A model generated the notes under the pieces. The model was not told the DNA's origin. It saw nothing but the letters and a program-made list of their open reading frames with translations, and made no database searches. Of a stretch of DNA of 32,000 nt, positions 1-8,743 are shown piece after piece. The translations under genes and the position numbers were made by a program. The stretch comes from Candidatus Saccharimonadota bacterium (lineage in GTDB: Bacteria > Patescibacteriota > Gracilibacteria > UBA1369 > 2-02-FULL-48-14): contig CP064962.1 in assembly GCA_016699145.1 (NCBI GenBank), positions 60,001-92,000 of the forward strand, in the 5' to 3' direction. Numbering within the stretch: position 1 is the stretch's first letter; each line of letters opens with the position of its first letter.

Positions 1-92
1 TCGTACGGAGGCGTACTGAAGATATTAAGCATTCTTTTTATTCTAGCTGCCCTTTATTTGATGGATCGAAGACTCCGTATCGCTTGCGACTG

Positions 93-869
93 TTAAAACC
101 CAAGGTAGAGGAGCACAAAGAAAAGACACGCTATGCCTATCCTATAGAACCCAAAGGCACTGAAGGTTTGCTTCCGCAGCGTAGCGAGCAGGAACTTGAT
201 GCTCACGAGTGCCATGAGGAAGGAAGTGAAGAACCCCACGCTTAGCAGCGCGATTTGGTCGGATGTGAAACTTTGAGCGTTTTTATAAAGATCCAAGGTG
301 GTGGCTGCAAGCATTGTGGGCACGGCTAACAGGAAGGAAAATTCAACGATGGTTTTCTTTTGTAGACCAAGGAGTAAACCACCTACGATGGTAGCGGCTG
401 ATCGAGAAACTCCTGGGATCATGGCTACCGACTGGAAAAGACCTAGGAGGATGCAAGTTTTGTAGGGAATCGAAGATAGTTCTTGGGTTTCTGTACTTTT
501 CTCCCTATGAGTTCTCTCAAAGATGATCAAAAGTAGTCCTCCAACGAGCAGTGCCCACAGCATTACGTTGAAGTCCTCGAGAAGATACTGCTTGACCAGT
601 TTATAAAATAGCAAGCCTAAGATTCCTGTAGGCAGAAAAGCCAACAGTAGGCGGTTGATAACCTCCCACTTGAGAAGGCTCTGCCAGTAGAGAAAGACCA
701 CCGCTAAGATAGCTCCTAATTGAATGATGATCTCAAAACTTTTCAAATACTCACTTTGATCGAGTCCGAGCAATTTGCCCGTAAGAGCGAGATGCGCGGT
801 TGAAGATATGGGAAGAAACTCTGTAAAGCCTTCAACCAATCCTAAAATGAGTGCGTGCAGTAAATTCAT
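93..869 (-). CDS. uppP: undecaprenyl-diphosphate phosphatase (BacA/UppP family)
   Basis: 258-aa polytopic membrane ORF. It has the N-terminal LGLVEGFTEFLPISSTAHL signature and the central PGVSRSAATI signature characteristic of UppP. Confidence 0.9.
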   Translation of the reverse strand: MNLLHALILGLVEGFTEFLPISSTAHLALTGKLLGLDQSEYLKSFEIIIQLGAILAVVFLYWQSLLKWEVINRLLLAFLPTGILGLLFYKLVKQYLLEDFNVMLWALLVGGLLLIIFERTHREKSTETQELSSIPYKTCILLGLFQSVAMIPGVSRSAATIVGGLLLGLQKKTIVEFSFLLAVPTMLAATTLDLYKNAQSFTSDQIALLSVGFFTSFLMALVSIKFLLATLRKQTFSAFGFYRIGIACLFFVLLYLGF

Positions 870-872
870 AGT

Positions 873-1481
873 TTAGCAGTCACACATTTTTTCTTCCTTC
901 AGCGTGGTATACCCCTCCTTGAAGGTCAGACCGGTGAAGAAAATGCCTGCAAAAGCATCTGCCCACCATAGCTCAAAGAAGTAATTCAGTCCCAGACCCA
1001 CAAAAAGTGCAACGGACATCATGGTACAGATGAAGGTCTGCTGTGAATCTGCAACAAGACTTTTACTGTTGAGTAGCTTTCCAACCTTTCGTTTGGAGTG
1101 GGCTAGCCACGGCATGATGATCAAAGACAAAACCGCAATTACAATTCCAACCGCACTCGGCTCTGGACCCTCCCCAAGGTAAAGGTCTCTCAAAGATTCA
1201 AAGAGGATATAAGCCCCCAAAAGGAAGAAGCTGTACCCAACGAGCTTTGCTGCCTTCTTCTCGATCTTCTCTTCCTCTACTTCACTCACCGTCCGCTGGG
1301 TAAATCTCCAAATCATGACACTGCCTGAAAGAGATTCAATGAAGCTGTCTGCACCAAAGCCTATCAAGGCAATGCTTCCCGTCCCGATGCCCAAGGCAAT
1401 AGAAATAATACCCTCCACGACGTTATAAATGACCGTGAAGTACGAAAGGAACCGAGCTTTTCTTTGCAAAAGGTGTTTCAT
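873..1481 (-). CDS. short cation-efflux (CDF-like) membrane protein, transmembrane domain only, with a C-terminal CDC
   Basis: 202 aa and about 6 hydrophobic segments. GADSFIESLSG and VADSQQT resemble the TM2/TM5 metal-site motifs of cation diffusion facilitators. There is no cytoplasmic C-terminal domain. Its start lies 1 nt after the stop of the upstream CDF gene. Confidence 0.55.
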   Translation of the reverse strand: MKHLLQRKARFLSYFTVIYNVVEGIISIALGIGTGSIALIGFGADSFIESLSGSVMIWRFTQRTVSEVEEEKIEKKAAKLVGYSFFLLGAYILFESLRDLYLGEGPEPSAVGIVIAVLSLIIMPWLAHSKRKVGKLLNSKSLVADSQQTFICTMMSVALFVGLGLNYFFELWWADAFAGIFFTGLTFKEGYTTLKEEKMCDC

Positions 1482-1482
1482 A

Positions 1483-2361
1483 TCAACATTTTTCTAGGTT
1501 ACATTCTTCCTTGCCCCTTTCAAGCTCCAGCGTGGCATGAGGGATGCCATAAGATTGGAGGAGTAATTGTTTGGCGTCGCACTTAACTTCAAACACACGC
1601 TCTTCAGAAAGAGCATTTTCCACTATGAGATGGCTGGTTAGAACGCTTTCCTCTCCATCCAAAGACCATACATGAGAATCGTGTACAGTCAAAACACCCT
1701 TAATACCGAGCAGACTCTTTTCAATCTCTTTGATTTTCAGGTTATCTGGCACTCCTTGCAGGAAAACTTTTACCACGCTTTTGAGGTTCTTTAAAACTTT
1801 AGAAAGGACAAACAACGTGATTAAAATGGAAAGAATTGGATCAAGAATGTGGGTGTCTTGAATGCTCATAACGATGCTAGTCACCAACACCGCTACCCAG
1901 CCCAAAACATCCTCCATCATATGCCATGTAAGAACCTTTTCGGTGAGTCCCTTACCTGACCTTAATCGAAGAGCAGTGAGACCATTGAGCAGTATTCCAA
2001 CGACTGCCAAAATGAACATACCCTTAGCATCGGTGTGTTCGGGTGCGAGCAAACGAGGAACCGCTTCTGAAAGAATAAGCAGCGAGCCACTAATGAGCAC
2101 AATGCTGGAGATGAAGGCTCCAATCAGAGAGAAACGCTTATATCCATAGGTAAAAGACTCACTCCGAGGTTTCTTGGAGACTCTTTCAAAATACCAAGAT
2201 GTGCCGAGAGAAATGCTGTCGCCAAAATCATGCATGGCGTCCGAAAGGATGGCTAAACTGTTGGTATAAAGCCCACCCACCAGTTCGATGCAAGTGAACA
2301 GGATGTTGATACCAAAAGCGATTTTGATGTTTCCTTCCGTACTGTGGTGATGTTTTTCCAT
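1483..2361 (-). CDS. cation diffusion facilitator family Zn/Co/Cd exporter (CzcD/ZitB-like)
   Basis: 292 aa. It has an N-terminal His cluster (EKHHHS), the motif LAILSDAMHDFGDS (TM2 HD site) and WHMMEDVLGW (TM5 HD site). A C-terminal alpha/beta domain is present. Confidence 0.85.
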   Translation of the reverse strand: MEKHHHSTEGNIKIAFGINILFTCIELVGGLYTNSLAILSDAMHDFGDSISLGTSWYFERVSKKPRSESFTYGYKRFSLIGAFISSIVLISGSLLILSEAVPRLLAPEHTDAKGMFILAVVGILLNGLTALRLRSGKGLTEKVLTWHMMEDVLGWVAVLVTSIVMSIQDTHILDPILSILITLFVLSKVLKNLKSVVKVFLQGVPDNLKIKEIEKSLLGIKGVLTVHDSHVWSLDGEESVLTSHLIVENALSEERVFEVKCDAKQLLLQSYGIPHATLELERGKEECNLEKC

Positions 2362-2434
2362 TTTTGAATGGATGATAGCAGATCACGCTACTTATTGAAA
2401 TTGCTTTAAAACCAAAAAAAGCTAGAATAAACAG

Positions 2435-2767
2435 GTGAAAAAAATGACACAAAAAATTCTACTATTCCTTCTTATCGGACTCTTTGGTTCATTTTTCTGT
2501 GTCAAATCCATGGAGGGAATGCACAGCCAAGCCTTGGAGGATTCTACCTCGTTCGAGCAAAATTGTTGTGACTCACTGCACAGCCCATCAATAACAAAGT
2601 TATTGCCAAATAATCTTACTCCACAAATAGTTCTCGCTTGGGTTCCTGTTTATTTGTTCACAGGTTTAATACTTCTCTCAAAAACATTCAGAGAAAAGTT
2701 TTCCGAGTCACCTCCATTAGCACTTTCACTGGCTCGTTTCTCAAAAGGCGTAGTTCAAAGGGAGTGA
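2435..2767 (+). CDS. hypothetical small secreted or membrane protein with a CC motif
   Basis: 110-aa ORF with a GTG start (an ATG lies 9 nt downstream). It has an N-terminal signal/TM segment, a QNCCDSLHS motif and a second hydrophobic segment. It is divergent from the CDF genes. I recognise no family. Confidence 0.4.
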   Translation: MKKMTQKILLFLLIGLFGSFFCVKSMEGMHSQALEDSTSFEQNCCDSLHSPSITKLLPNNLTPQIVLAWVPVYLFTGLILLSKTFREKFSESPPLALSLARFSKGVVQRE

Positions 2768-2806
2768 AGTTTTTGACTTCTACTCTCTTTAAATTTAACG
2801 CCTTTT

Positions 2807-3529
2807 ATGATGAAAAAAAGTAAAAACCAGTTTTCAAAAATCTTACCGCTGTTAACAGTCCCCGTTTTAGTTGGGATTGGTGTTTTGCTCGGGCAGCAAT
2901 TGGGAAACGGACAAGTGATTGAAGTTGCCCAAACTACAAATCAAGCTCAAGCACCTTCGCTTGCACAAGTGGAGAATCCACCGGATGCTGATAATGATCC
3001 TTTCATAGGATCAGAAGATGCCCCAATTACAATGATAGAATTTTCAGATTATCAATGCCCTTTTTGTAGGAGCTTTTTTGATGAAACGCTGCCTTTAATA
3101 AAGGAAAATTATATCGACAAAGGTTTGGTGAAATTTGTTTATCGAGACATGCCGCTGACTTCTTTAGGTCACACGGACGCACTGCCCGCAGCCAACGCGG
3201 CAGAGTGTGCGCGAGAACAGGGTGGGGATGAAATTTACTTTGCATACCACGACCTTATTTTCGAGGGCGAAAATAAGCTGGGATACGGAACCGTTCAAAT
3301 TCCAGAAGAGAGTATCTACTCCTACGCAAAGGAGCTGAGTCTAGATGAAGATGCTTTTAGGGAATGCCAAGAGGGGGAAAAGTACTATGACGAAATTGCG
3401 GCAGACTCTGCAGCAGGCAGAGCGGCAGGAATGAACGGGACTCCAAGCTTTGTCATTAATGGGCAAATCATGGTGGGAGCCTATCCTTACGAAACTTTTG
3501 AGCAAGTACTTAACGATCTTTTAAAATGA
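2807..3529 (+). CDS. membrane-anchored DsbA-family thiol:disulfide oxidoreductase
   Basis: 240 aa with an N-terminal TM anchor. It has the thioredoxin-fold active site FSDYQCPFCRSF and the downstream GTPSFVING (cis-Pro loop region) typical of DsbA/Thioredoxin_4 proteins. Confidence 0.85.
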   Translation: MMKKSKNQFSKILPLLTVPVLVGIGVLLGQQLGNGQVIEVAQTTNQAQAPSLAQVENPPDADNDPFIGSEDAPITMIEFSDYQCPFCRSFFDETLPLIKENYIDKGLVKFVYRDMPLTSLGHTDALPAANAAECAREQGGDEIYFAYHDLIFEGENKLGYGTVQIPEESIYSYAKELSLDEDAFRECQEGEKYYDEIAADSAAGRAAGMNGTPSFVINGQIMVGAYPYETFEQVLNDLLK

Positions 3530-3939
3530 ACATGACAAACAAAGAGCTCGTGAAAATCATCCTAATTTCAGCGGCAGTCTTCCTTGTGCTGGGTGCAGTG
3601 ACTGCAGTTTATGAAAATCCATTTTTCCAACGCATGACTCCTTTGTATTGGTTTGATTATGTCTTCCTAGGTCTGGAGTCCATGCTGATGGGGCTTTTTT
3701 GGGGGATAAATGCACCTGCTTGTGCGCTTAAAAAAGCAGGATTCGGAGGTGTGTTTGGGTTCCTGGGCTTCGCGTGTCCTGTTTGTAATAAGTTGCTTTT
3801 ATTACTCTTTGGTTCCGGACTCTTGCTCACCTACTTTGAACCTATCCGGCCTTTTGTCGGAGCGCTAGGAATAGTGCTTATAAGTTTTGCAGTTTATAAA
3901 AAACTTTCATTGAAGTCATTAACGTTGCAAAGCCTCTAA
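3526..3939 (+). CDS. small polytopic membrane protein with P-A-C and CPVC motifs
   Basis: 137 aa. Its start overlaps the DsbA stop (ATGA overlap at 3526-3529). Motifs are NAPACAL and GFACPVCNKLL, in or next to TM segments. It is paralogous to the ORF at 4428-4931. Confidence 0.6.
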   Translation: MNMTNKELVKIILISAAVFLVLGAVTAVYENPFFQRMTPLYWFDYVFLGLESMLMGLFWGINAPACALKKAGFGGVFGFLGFACPVCNKLLLLLFGSGLLLTYFEPIRPFVGALGIVLISFAVYKKLSLKSLTLQSL

Positions 3940-3957
3940 AAATTTAATCCAAATTTC

Positions 3958-4428
3958 ATGTCATCATTTTTTCAAAAACGGTGGGTCCAGGATACGCTTG
4001 TTTATGGAACCATCGGAATCGTCATCTTTCTCATTATTTTTGGCATAGTAAGAAGTTTTCAAAAGGTTACAAATCCGGTCACAGGTGCCGAAGTTCATTG
4101 GCATGCTCCGATTTCCTATGAAGCATGCGGAGAAACTTTGAATTTGAGCGATTCAGGAAGTCACAGCATCATCCATGGTCACGATGATGATCAAGTTCAC
4201 GTCGAAGGACTCGTTTTAAGTGAAGAAGACATCACCTTAGTTCAGTTCTTTAAAAATGCAGGTTTGAGTATTACGAGCGCAAACCTAGAAGAATATAAAA
4301 ACGGTGACATCTGTGAAAACACTGGCACCCCTGGCCAAGTGAGTTTTGAAGTGGATGGTAAAAGTTACACAGATCCAAGTCAAATCATCATTCAAGACAA
4401 GCAAAATATTCTCGTAAAATTTGAATAA
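3958..4428 (+). CDS. membrane-anchored His-rich extracytoplasmic protein
   Basis: 156 aa with a single N-terminal TM. It has HWHAPISYEACGE and HSIIHGHDDDQVHVEG motifs (HxH ... HxHDxxxxHxE). From memory this pattern recurs in DsbA-adjacent hypothetical proteins. I have not verified that. Confidence 0.5.
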   Translation: MSSFFQKRWVQDTLVYGTIGIVIFLIIFGIVRSFQKVTNPVTGAEVHWHAPISYEACGETLNLSDSGSHSIIHGHDDDQVHVEGLVLSEEDITLVQFFKNAGLSITSANLEEYKNGDICENTGTPGQVSFEVDGKSYTDPSQIIIQDKQNILVKFE

Positions 4429-4931
4429 TGAAAGGCCTACAAAAAATTCATGAAGAACCATTGCAGTGGCTGTATACCATAACTTTAGCAGCGATTATTT
4501 TTTATTCTTACTATCTAGTAATGAGGCTTTTACCAGGGGTTGGCAGCACTCCAGCCTGTCTCGTGGGAGGGTCACTCACTCTTCAAAATCTTATTTTTTC
4601 CGCCCTCCTCAGTTTTTTGACAGCTTTGATAATATCTGGATTATTTCGCCTCTATTTAAAAAGGAAATCCATGATCAAAAACGTAAAGACTGGGTCTGTA
4701 ATGGGATTTGGATTCTTGCTTGGTTTCTTCACAGTCTTTTGTACGCTTTGCACCATTCCAGTGATATCTGTTTTCGGCTTTGCCGTGGGTCTAGGATTTC
4801 TCACAACCTACAACCTAGCATTTAAAATACTCAGCCTAGTACTAATGTTCATGGCTTTAACATTACTCGACAAGCAGTTGAATTTTTGCGAAACGTGCGT
4901 ACTTGACGGTGATACACGCAATAGGGTATAG
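4428..4931 (+). CDS. polytopic membrane protein with P-A-C, CTLC and CETC motifs (paralog of 3526-3939)
   Basis: 167 aa. Its start shares 1 nt with the previous stop. Motifs are STPACLVGG, FTVFCTLCTIPV and a C-terminal CETC. The region around the CxxC aligns by eye with 3526-3939 (G..GF.G..C..C....FG...G..TY). Confidence 0.6.
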   Translation: MKGLQKIHEEPLQWLYTITLAAIIFYSYYLVMRLLPGVGSTPACLVGGSLTLQNLIFSALLSFLTALIISGLFRLYLKRKSMIKNVKTGSVMGFGFLLGFFTVFCTLCTIPVISVFGFAVGLGFLTTYNLAFKILSLVLMFMALTLLDKQLNFCETCVLDGDTRNRV

Positions 4932-4956
4932 GGGTATTGGCTATTAACCACTTCCT

Positions 4957-5229
4957 ATGATCAATCAAACTATTAAAAAAAGATCGATACATCGTGTAAA
5001 AATTCTCATGGGTCAATTTGAGGCCTTACTGAGGAGTATAGAAAGCGAAGAATATTGCACGGAACTCCTCCATCAGTCTCATTCCATACAAAGCTCTCTT
5101 AAAAGCCTGGACAAACTTCTGCTCGAAAATCATTTGAATTCGCACGTTAAACATCAAATGCAAGATAAAAAACAGCAAGAAAAAGCCATCAAAGAACTTA
5201 TAGAAATATATACTTCTTCACACCGTTAA
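4957..5229 (+). CDS. CsoR/RcnR/FrmR-family metal-sensing transcriptional repressor
   Basis: 90 aa. EEYCTELLHQSHSIQSSL...LLLENHLNSHVKHQ aligns by eye with E. coli RcnR (HECAAVLQQ...KGHLTEHIVHQ). The ligand fingerprint is x-C-H-H. Confidence 0.75.
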   Translation: MINQTIKKRSIHRVKILMGQFEALLRSIESEEYCTELLHQSHSIQSSLKSLDKLLLENHLNSHVKHQMQDKKQQEKAIKELIEIYTSSHR

Positions 5230-5276
5230 ACTCAAGAAGCATGAACCTTGAAAATTCAAAAATCTAACTTTTCATT

Positions 5277-7154
5277 ATGAAAAAAACACTTTCACTCCTT
5301 CTTGGCACCGCTCTATTTTTGAGTGCTTGCCAAACAAAACCTTTAGACGAGCCACAAGAAGAAAGCTCACTAGACAAAAAAATCTACGTTGCCGTAGAGA
5401 ATGATAATCAAGTAGCGGTAGTGGATCCTGTATCTGGCCTGGTGACAACAAGAATTGAACTCTCAGGAATGCCCCACAATGTTCAAGTTTCTCCAGATGG
5501 AGAAACGGTTTGGGTGACGGTCAATGCAATGGAAGAAGACGAAGCTGAAATGCATGGCAACGACGACGCTCTTGGAACAGAAGACCAACTTATAGTTATA
5601 TCTACAAAAACGGACGAAATCATTCAGCAAATAGATTTGGGTGCTGACCTTCATCTGGCTCACGTAGTCTTAAGCCCCAACAGTGCATGGGCCTACGCCA
5701 ACGCACAAGAAGCAAATAAAGTTTTTGTAGTGAATGCACAAACCTATACGTTTGAAAAAACAATTGAACTGCCTGAAGATGCAGAGCCACATGGCCTGCG
5801 GATAGATCCACAAGGCGACTTAGCTTACCTTGCTTTAATGGGTGCCAAAGGCATGGGCATTCTAAATTTAGAAACCGAAGCGTTTGAAATCGTTGATTTT
5901 GGAGACGCCGTGGTACAAACCGGAATCACTCCGGACGGCAAATACGCCTTTGCTTCCTTGTACTCCACCAAACAATTGGGAATCTATAATGTAGAAACAA
6001 AAGAAACGAGCACGGTTCTCCTTCCTGATGCCAAGGGGCCTGTTCAAGTCTACCCAACTCCCGATTCTCGCTATGCTTATGTGGCAGACCAAGGTTACTA
6101 CTTTGACCAGCCTACAAGCGATAAAGTTTACAAAATCGACCTAGAATCTAAGGAAGTAGTTGCCACCATCATCGCAGGAGAAGGACCTCATGGCGTGGCT
6201 CTTTCCTCCGATGGCTCCGAAGCATACATCACGAACATTGTGAGTGGAGACCTCTCCATCATTGACACTAAAACCGATCAAGTAATTAAGACCATCGACA
6301 TTGGTGAAGCCCCAAACGGCGTCAGCGTGTGGGAAAGGGATATAAGTGAACCATCCGTTTCACTGACCCCAGTTGACTCCATTTCCCATCCCCACGGTAT
6401 AGCGGTGGATCTCGAAGACTCTAATAAAGTATATATCGCTACCCATGAAGGACTACTTCTACTCCAAGACGAAAAAGATTTGTATCGAATTGGAGAAACC
6501 ACGAATGATCTCATGGGCTTCACCATTGACGCAAAGGACCCAACAACTTTCTACATCAGCGGTCATCCCTCTTACGGAGGAAACATTGGTTTTCAAAAAA
6601 CAATGGATGGTGGAGAAACTTGGCAAAAAATATCAGACGGAATAAATGGACCGGTTGATTTTCATACCATGACCGTGAGTCCTATTGATTCAAACACAGT
6701 TTATGGATTATTCAGTGGGCAAATACAAAAAAGTACGGATGGAGGGACATCGTGGACGCTCCTGAATAATCAACCAGAAAAAATCATCGCGCTTGTAGCA
6801 GACGTGGTTGATGCAAAAACGGTCTACGTAAGTACTCAGCAAGGGATTTGGGTGAGCACGGATGGCGGTGAAAATTGGAACGAACTTTCCGGTCAACTCA
6901 AATCCAGCGTAGTCATTTCTTTGTCGCAAAATCCAAAAGATGGGGCTCAAATGCTAAGCTTTTCAGACACCTTAGGTCTAGCCTCAAGTAGTGATGGTGG
7001 GAAAACCTGGGCCTCACTAGCGGGCGCGCCCAATGCGGTTCTTTATTTTATCGCCTTTTCAGCAAGCAATCCTGAGACGGTTTATGCCATCGATGAAAAC
7101 AACCAAATTTACAAAAGTGAGGATAGCGGACTCACATGGGAGAAAATCTATTAA
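5277..7154 (+). CDS. lipoprotein fusing a YVTN-type beta-propeller to a BNR/Asp-box (Ycf48/sialidase-like) propeller
   Basis: 625 aa with a lipobox (ALFLSAC). The N-terminal half has repeated PHGV/PNGV...S.DG...Y(V/I) blades. The C-terminal half has five S/T-x-D-G-G-x-(T/S)-W Asp-boxes (MDGGETW, TDGGTSW, TDGGENW, SDGGKTW, EDSGLTW). Confidence 0.8.
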   Translation: MKKTLSLLLGTALFLSACQTKPLDEPQEESSLDKKIYVAVENDNQVAVVDPVSGLVTTRIELSGMPHNVQVSPDGETVWVTVNAMEEDEAEMHGNDDALGTEDQLIVISTKTDEIIQQIDLGADLHLAHVVLSPNSAWAYANAQEANKVFVVNAQTYTFEKTIELPEDAEPHGLRIDPQGDLAYLALMGAKGMGILNLETEAFEIVDFGDAVVQTGITPDGKYAFASLYSTKQLGIYNVETKETSTVLLPDAKGPVQVYPTPDSRYAYVADQGYYFDQPTSDKVYKIDLESKEVVATIIAGEGPHGVALSSDGSEAYITNIVSGDLSIIDTKTDQVIKTIDIGEAPNGVSVWERDISEPSVSLTPVDSISHPHGIAVDLEDSNKVYIATHEGLLLLQDEKDLYRIGETTNDLMGFTIDAKDPTTFYISGHPSYGGNIGFQKTMDGGETWQKISDGINGPVDFHTMTVSPIDSNTVYGLFSGQIQKSTDGGTSWTLLNNQPEKIIALVADVVDAKTVYVSTQQGIWVSTDGGENWNELSGQLKSSVVISLSQNPKDGAQMLSFSDTLGLASSSDGGKTWASLAGAPNAVLYFIAFSASNPETVYAIDENNQIYKSEDSGLTWEKIY

Positions 7155-7168
7155 CCCTTTTTAACTCT

Positions 7169-8725
7169 ATGAAAAAATTACCGCTTTTCATCGCCCTTCT
7201 CGGTATTTCCCTGCTCACCGCTTGTCAAACGAGTACCAATAAAACAGAGGACGAAGTAGTCACCGAACTGCCCCTGGCTTCAAGTACATCCATCGTAGAA
7301 CTAGCAGATGGAGACACTTACAATCTCGAAGCCTCTTTTGTAGAAAAGGAAATCGACGGTTCCGTTTATAAAATGCTCGCCTACAACGGCTCCATTCCTG
7401 GACCAACCCTCAAAGTTCAGCAAGGCTCGACCATAACCGTCAACTTCACAAACAACACCGATATTGAAACCACGCTTCACTCACATGGCGTACGTCTCGA
7501 CAATGCTTTTGACGGTGTCCCCGATGTGACTCAGGAACCCATTCAAACTGGAGAAAGCTTCACTTATGAAATGCGTTTCGATGATGCTGGAGTATTTTGG
7601 TATCACCCCCATTTGAGAGAGGATTACGCACAAGACATGGGTCTTTATGGAAATTATATCGTGGTGTCTGGCCCTAAAGACGAATGGTCTCCAGTCAACC
7701 GAGAAGAGACGCTTATCGTGGATGATATTCTTATCGACGACGACTCAATCGTCCCTTATTCACTTCAAGAAGTCACTCATACCCTCATGGGACGTTTTGG
7801 AAACACGATGCTCGTCAACGGAAGCACCGACTACAACTTAAACGTTAACAAAGGAGAGGTACTGCGTTTTTACATCACCAACACGGCAAACACACGCGTT
7901 TTCAACTTGAGTATTCCAGGCGCACAGGTGAAATTGGTCGGAGCCGACAATGGACTCTACGAGCGCGATGAATGGACTGACGAAGTTTTGCTTGGGCCTT
8001 CCGAACGTGCAATTGTAGAAGTTTTATTTGCAGACTCAGGCGAGTTTTCGATCGTGCACAAAACTCCTGAAAAAAACTATACCATGGGCAAGTTTCTTGT
8101 TTCCGACGAAGAAGTCACGGAGTCTTATGCAGCTGATTTCAATACACTCAAGACTCATCAAAGCACTATCGCAAGCATTGATCCCTACCGAGATAGCTTC
8201 TCCAATGAACCAGATAAATTTTTAACCATTGATTTAGACATGAAAAGTATGGGAGGCATGCACTCCATGCACGGAGGGGGAATGATGGAAGACTCCATGA
8301 TGAGCATGAGCGACGGTGAGCCCATCGAATGGGAGGATACGATGAGCATGATGAACAGCACGTCCAACACAGACACATTGGAGTGGCAGCTCATGGATGA
8401 GGAGACCGAAAAAACAAACGAAAACATCGATGACTGGAATTTCAAACAAGGTGACCTTGTAAAAATTCGTGTCTCAAATCCGGACGACACGATGCACCCC
8501 ATGCAGCACCCTGTGCACATTCATGGGCAACGATTTCTTATCTTATCCACCGACGGTGAGCCTTCAGGCAATTTAGTTTGGAAAGACACCACTCTTATCC
8601 CAGCTGGAAGTACGGTCGACCTTCTGGTGGAAATGAGCAATCCGGGCGACTGGATGCTTCACTGTCACATCCCCGAGCATCTTGAAAGTGGCATGATGCT
8701 GGAATTCAAGGTTTCCTCACTTTAA
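7169..8725 (+). CDS. multicopper oxidase lipoprotein with a Met/His-rich insert (CopA/CueO-like)
   Basis: The track ORF starts at 7136. I prefer the ATG at 7169, which gives the lipobox LLTAC. Copper-ligand motifs are HSHG, WYHPH, HPVHIHG and HCHIPEHLESGMM. The Met/His-rich segment MKSMGGMHSMHGGGMMEDSMMSMS lies at about 8240-8356. Confidence 0.9.
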   Translation: MKKLPLFIALLGISLLTACQTSTNKTEDEVVTELPLASSTSIVELADGDTYNLEASFVEKEIDGSVYKMLAYNGSIPGPTLKVQQGSTITVNFTNNTDIETTLHSHGVRLDNAFDGVPDVTQEPIQTGESFTYEMRFDDAGVFWYHPHLREDYAQDMGLYGNYIVVSGPKDEWSPVNREETLIVDDILIDDDSIVPYSLQEVTHTLMGRFGNTMLVNGSTDYNLNVNKGEVLRFYITNTANTRVFNLSIPGAQVKLVGADNGLYERDEWTDEVLLGPSERAIVEVLFADSGEFSIVHKTPEKNYTMGKFLVSDEEVTESYAADFNTLKTHQSTIASIDPYRDSFSNEPDKFLTIDLDMKSMGGMHSMHGGGMMEDSMMSMSDGEPIEWEDTMSMMNSTSNTDTLEWQLMDEETEKTNENIDDWNFKQGDLVKIRVSNPDDTMHPMQHPVHIHGQRFLILSTDGEPSGNLVWKDTTLIPAGSTVDLLVEMSNPGDWMLHCHIPEHLESGMMLEFKVSSL

Positions 8726-8743
8726 TTCTTTAATCCTAAAAAT

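Noticed and set aside
8166-8520. Three overlapping minus-strand ORFs (70-111 aa) antisense to the Met-rich part of the multicopper oxidase
   Set aside because: The ATG-rich sense codons read as CAT (His/Ser/Cys-rich) on the antisense strand and suppress stops. The multicopper oxidase frame is continuous with all copper-ligand motifs.
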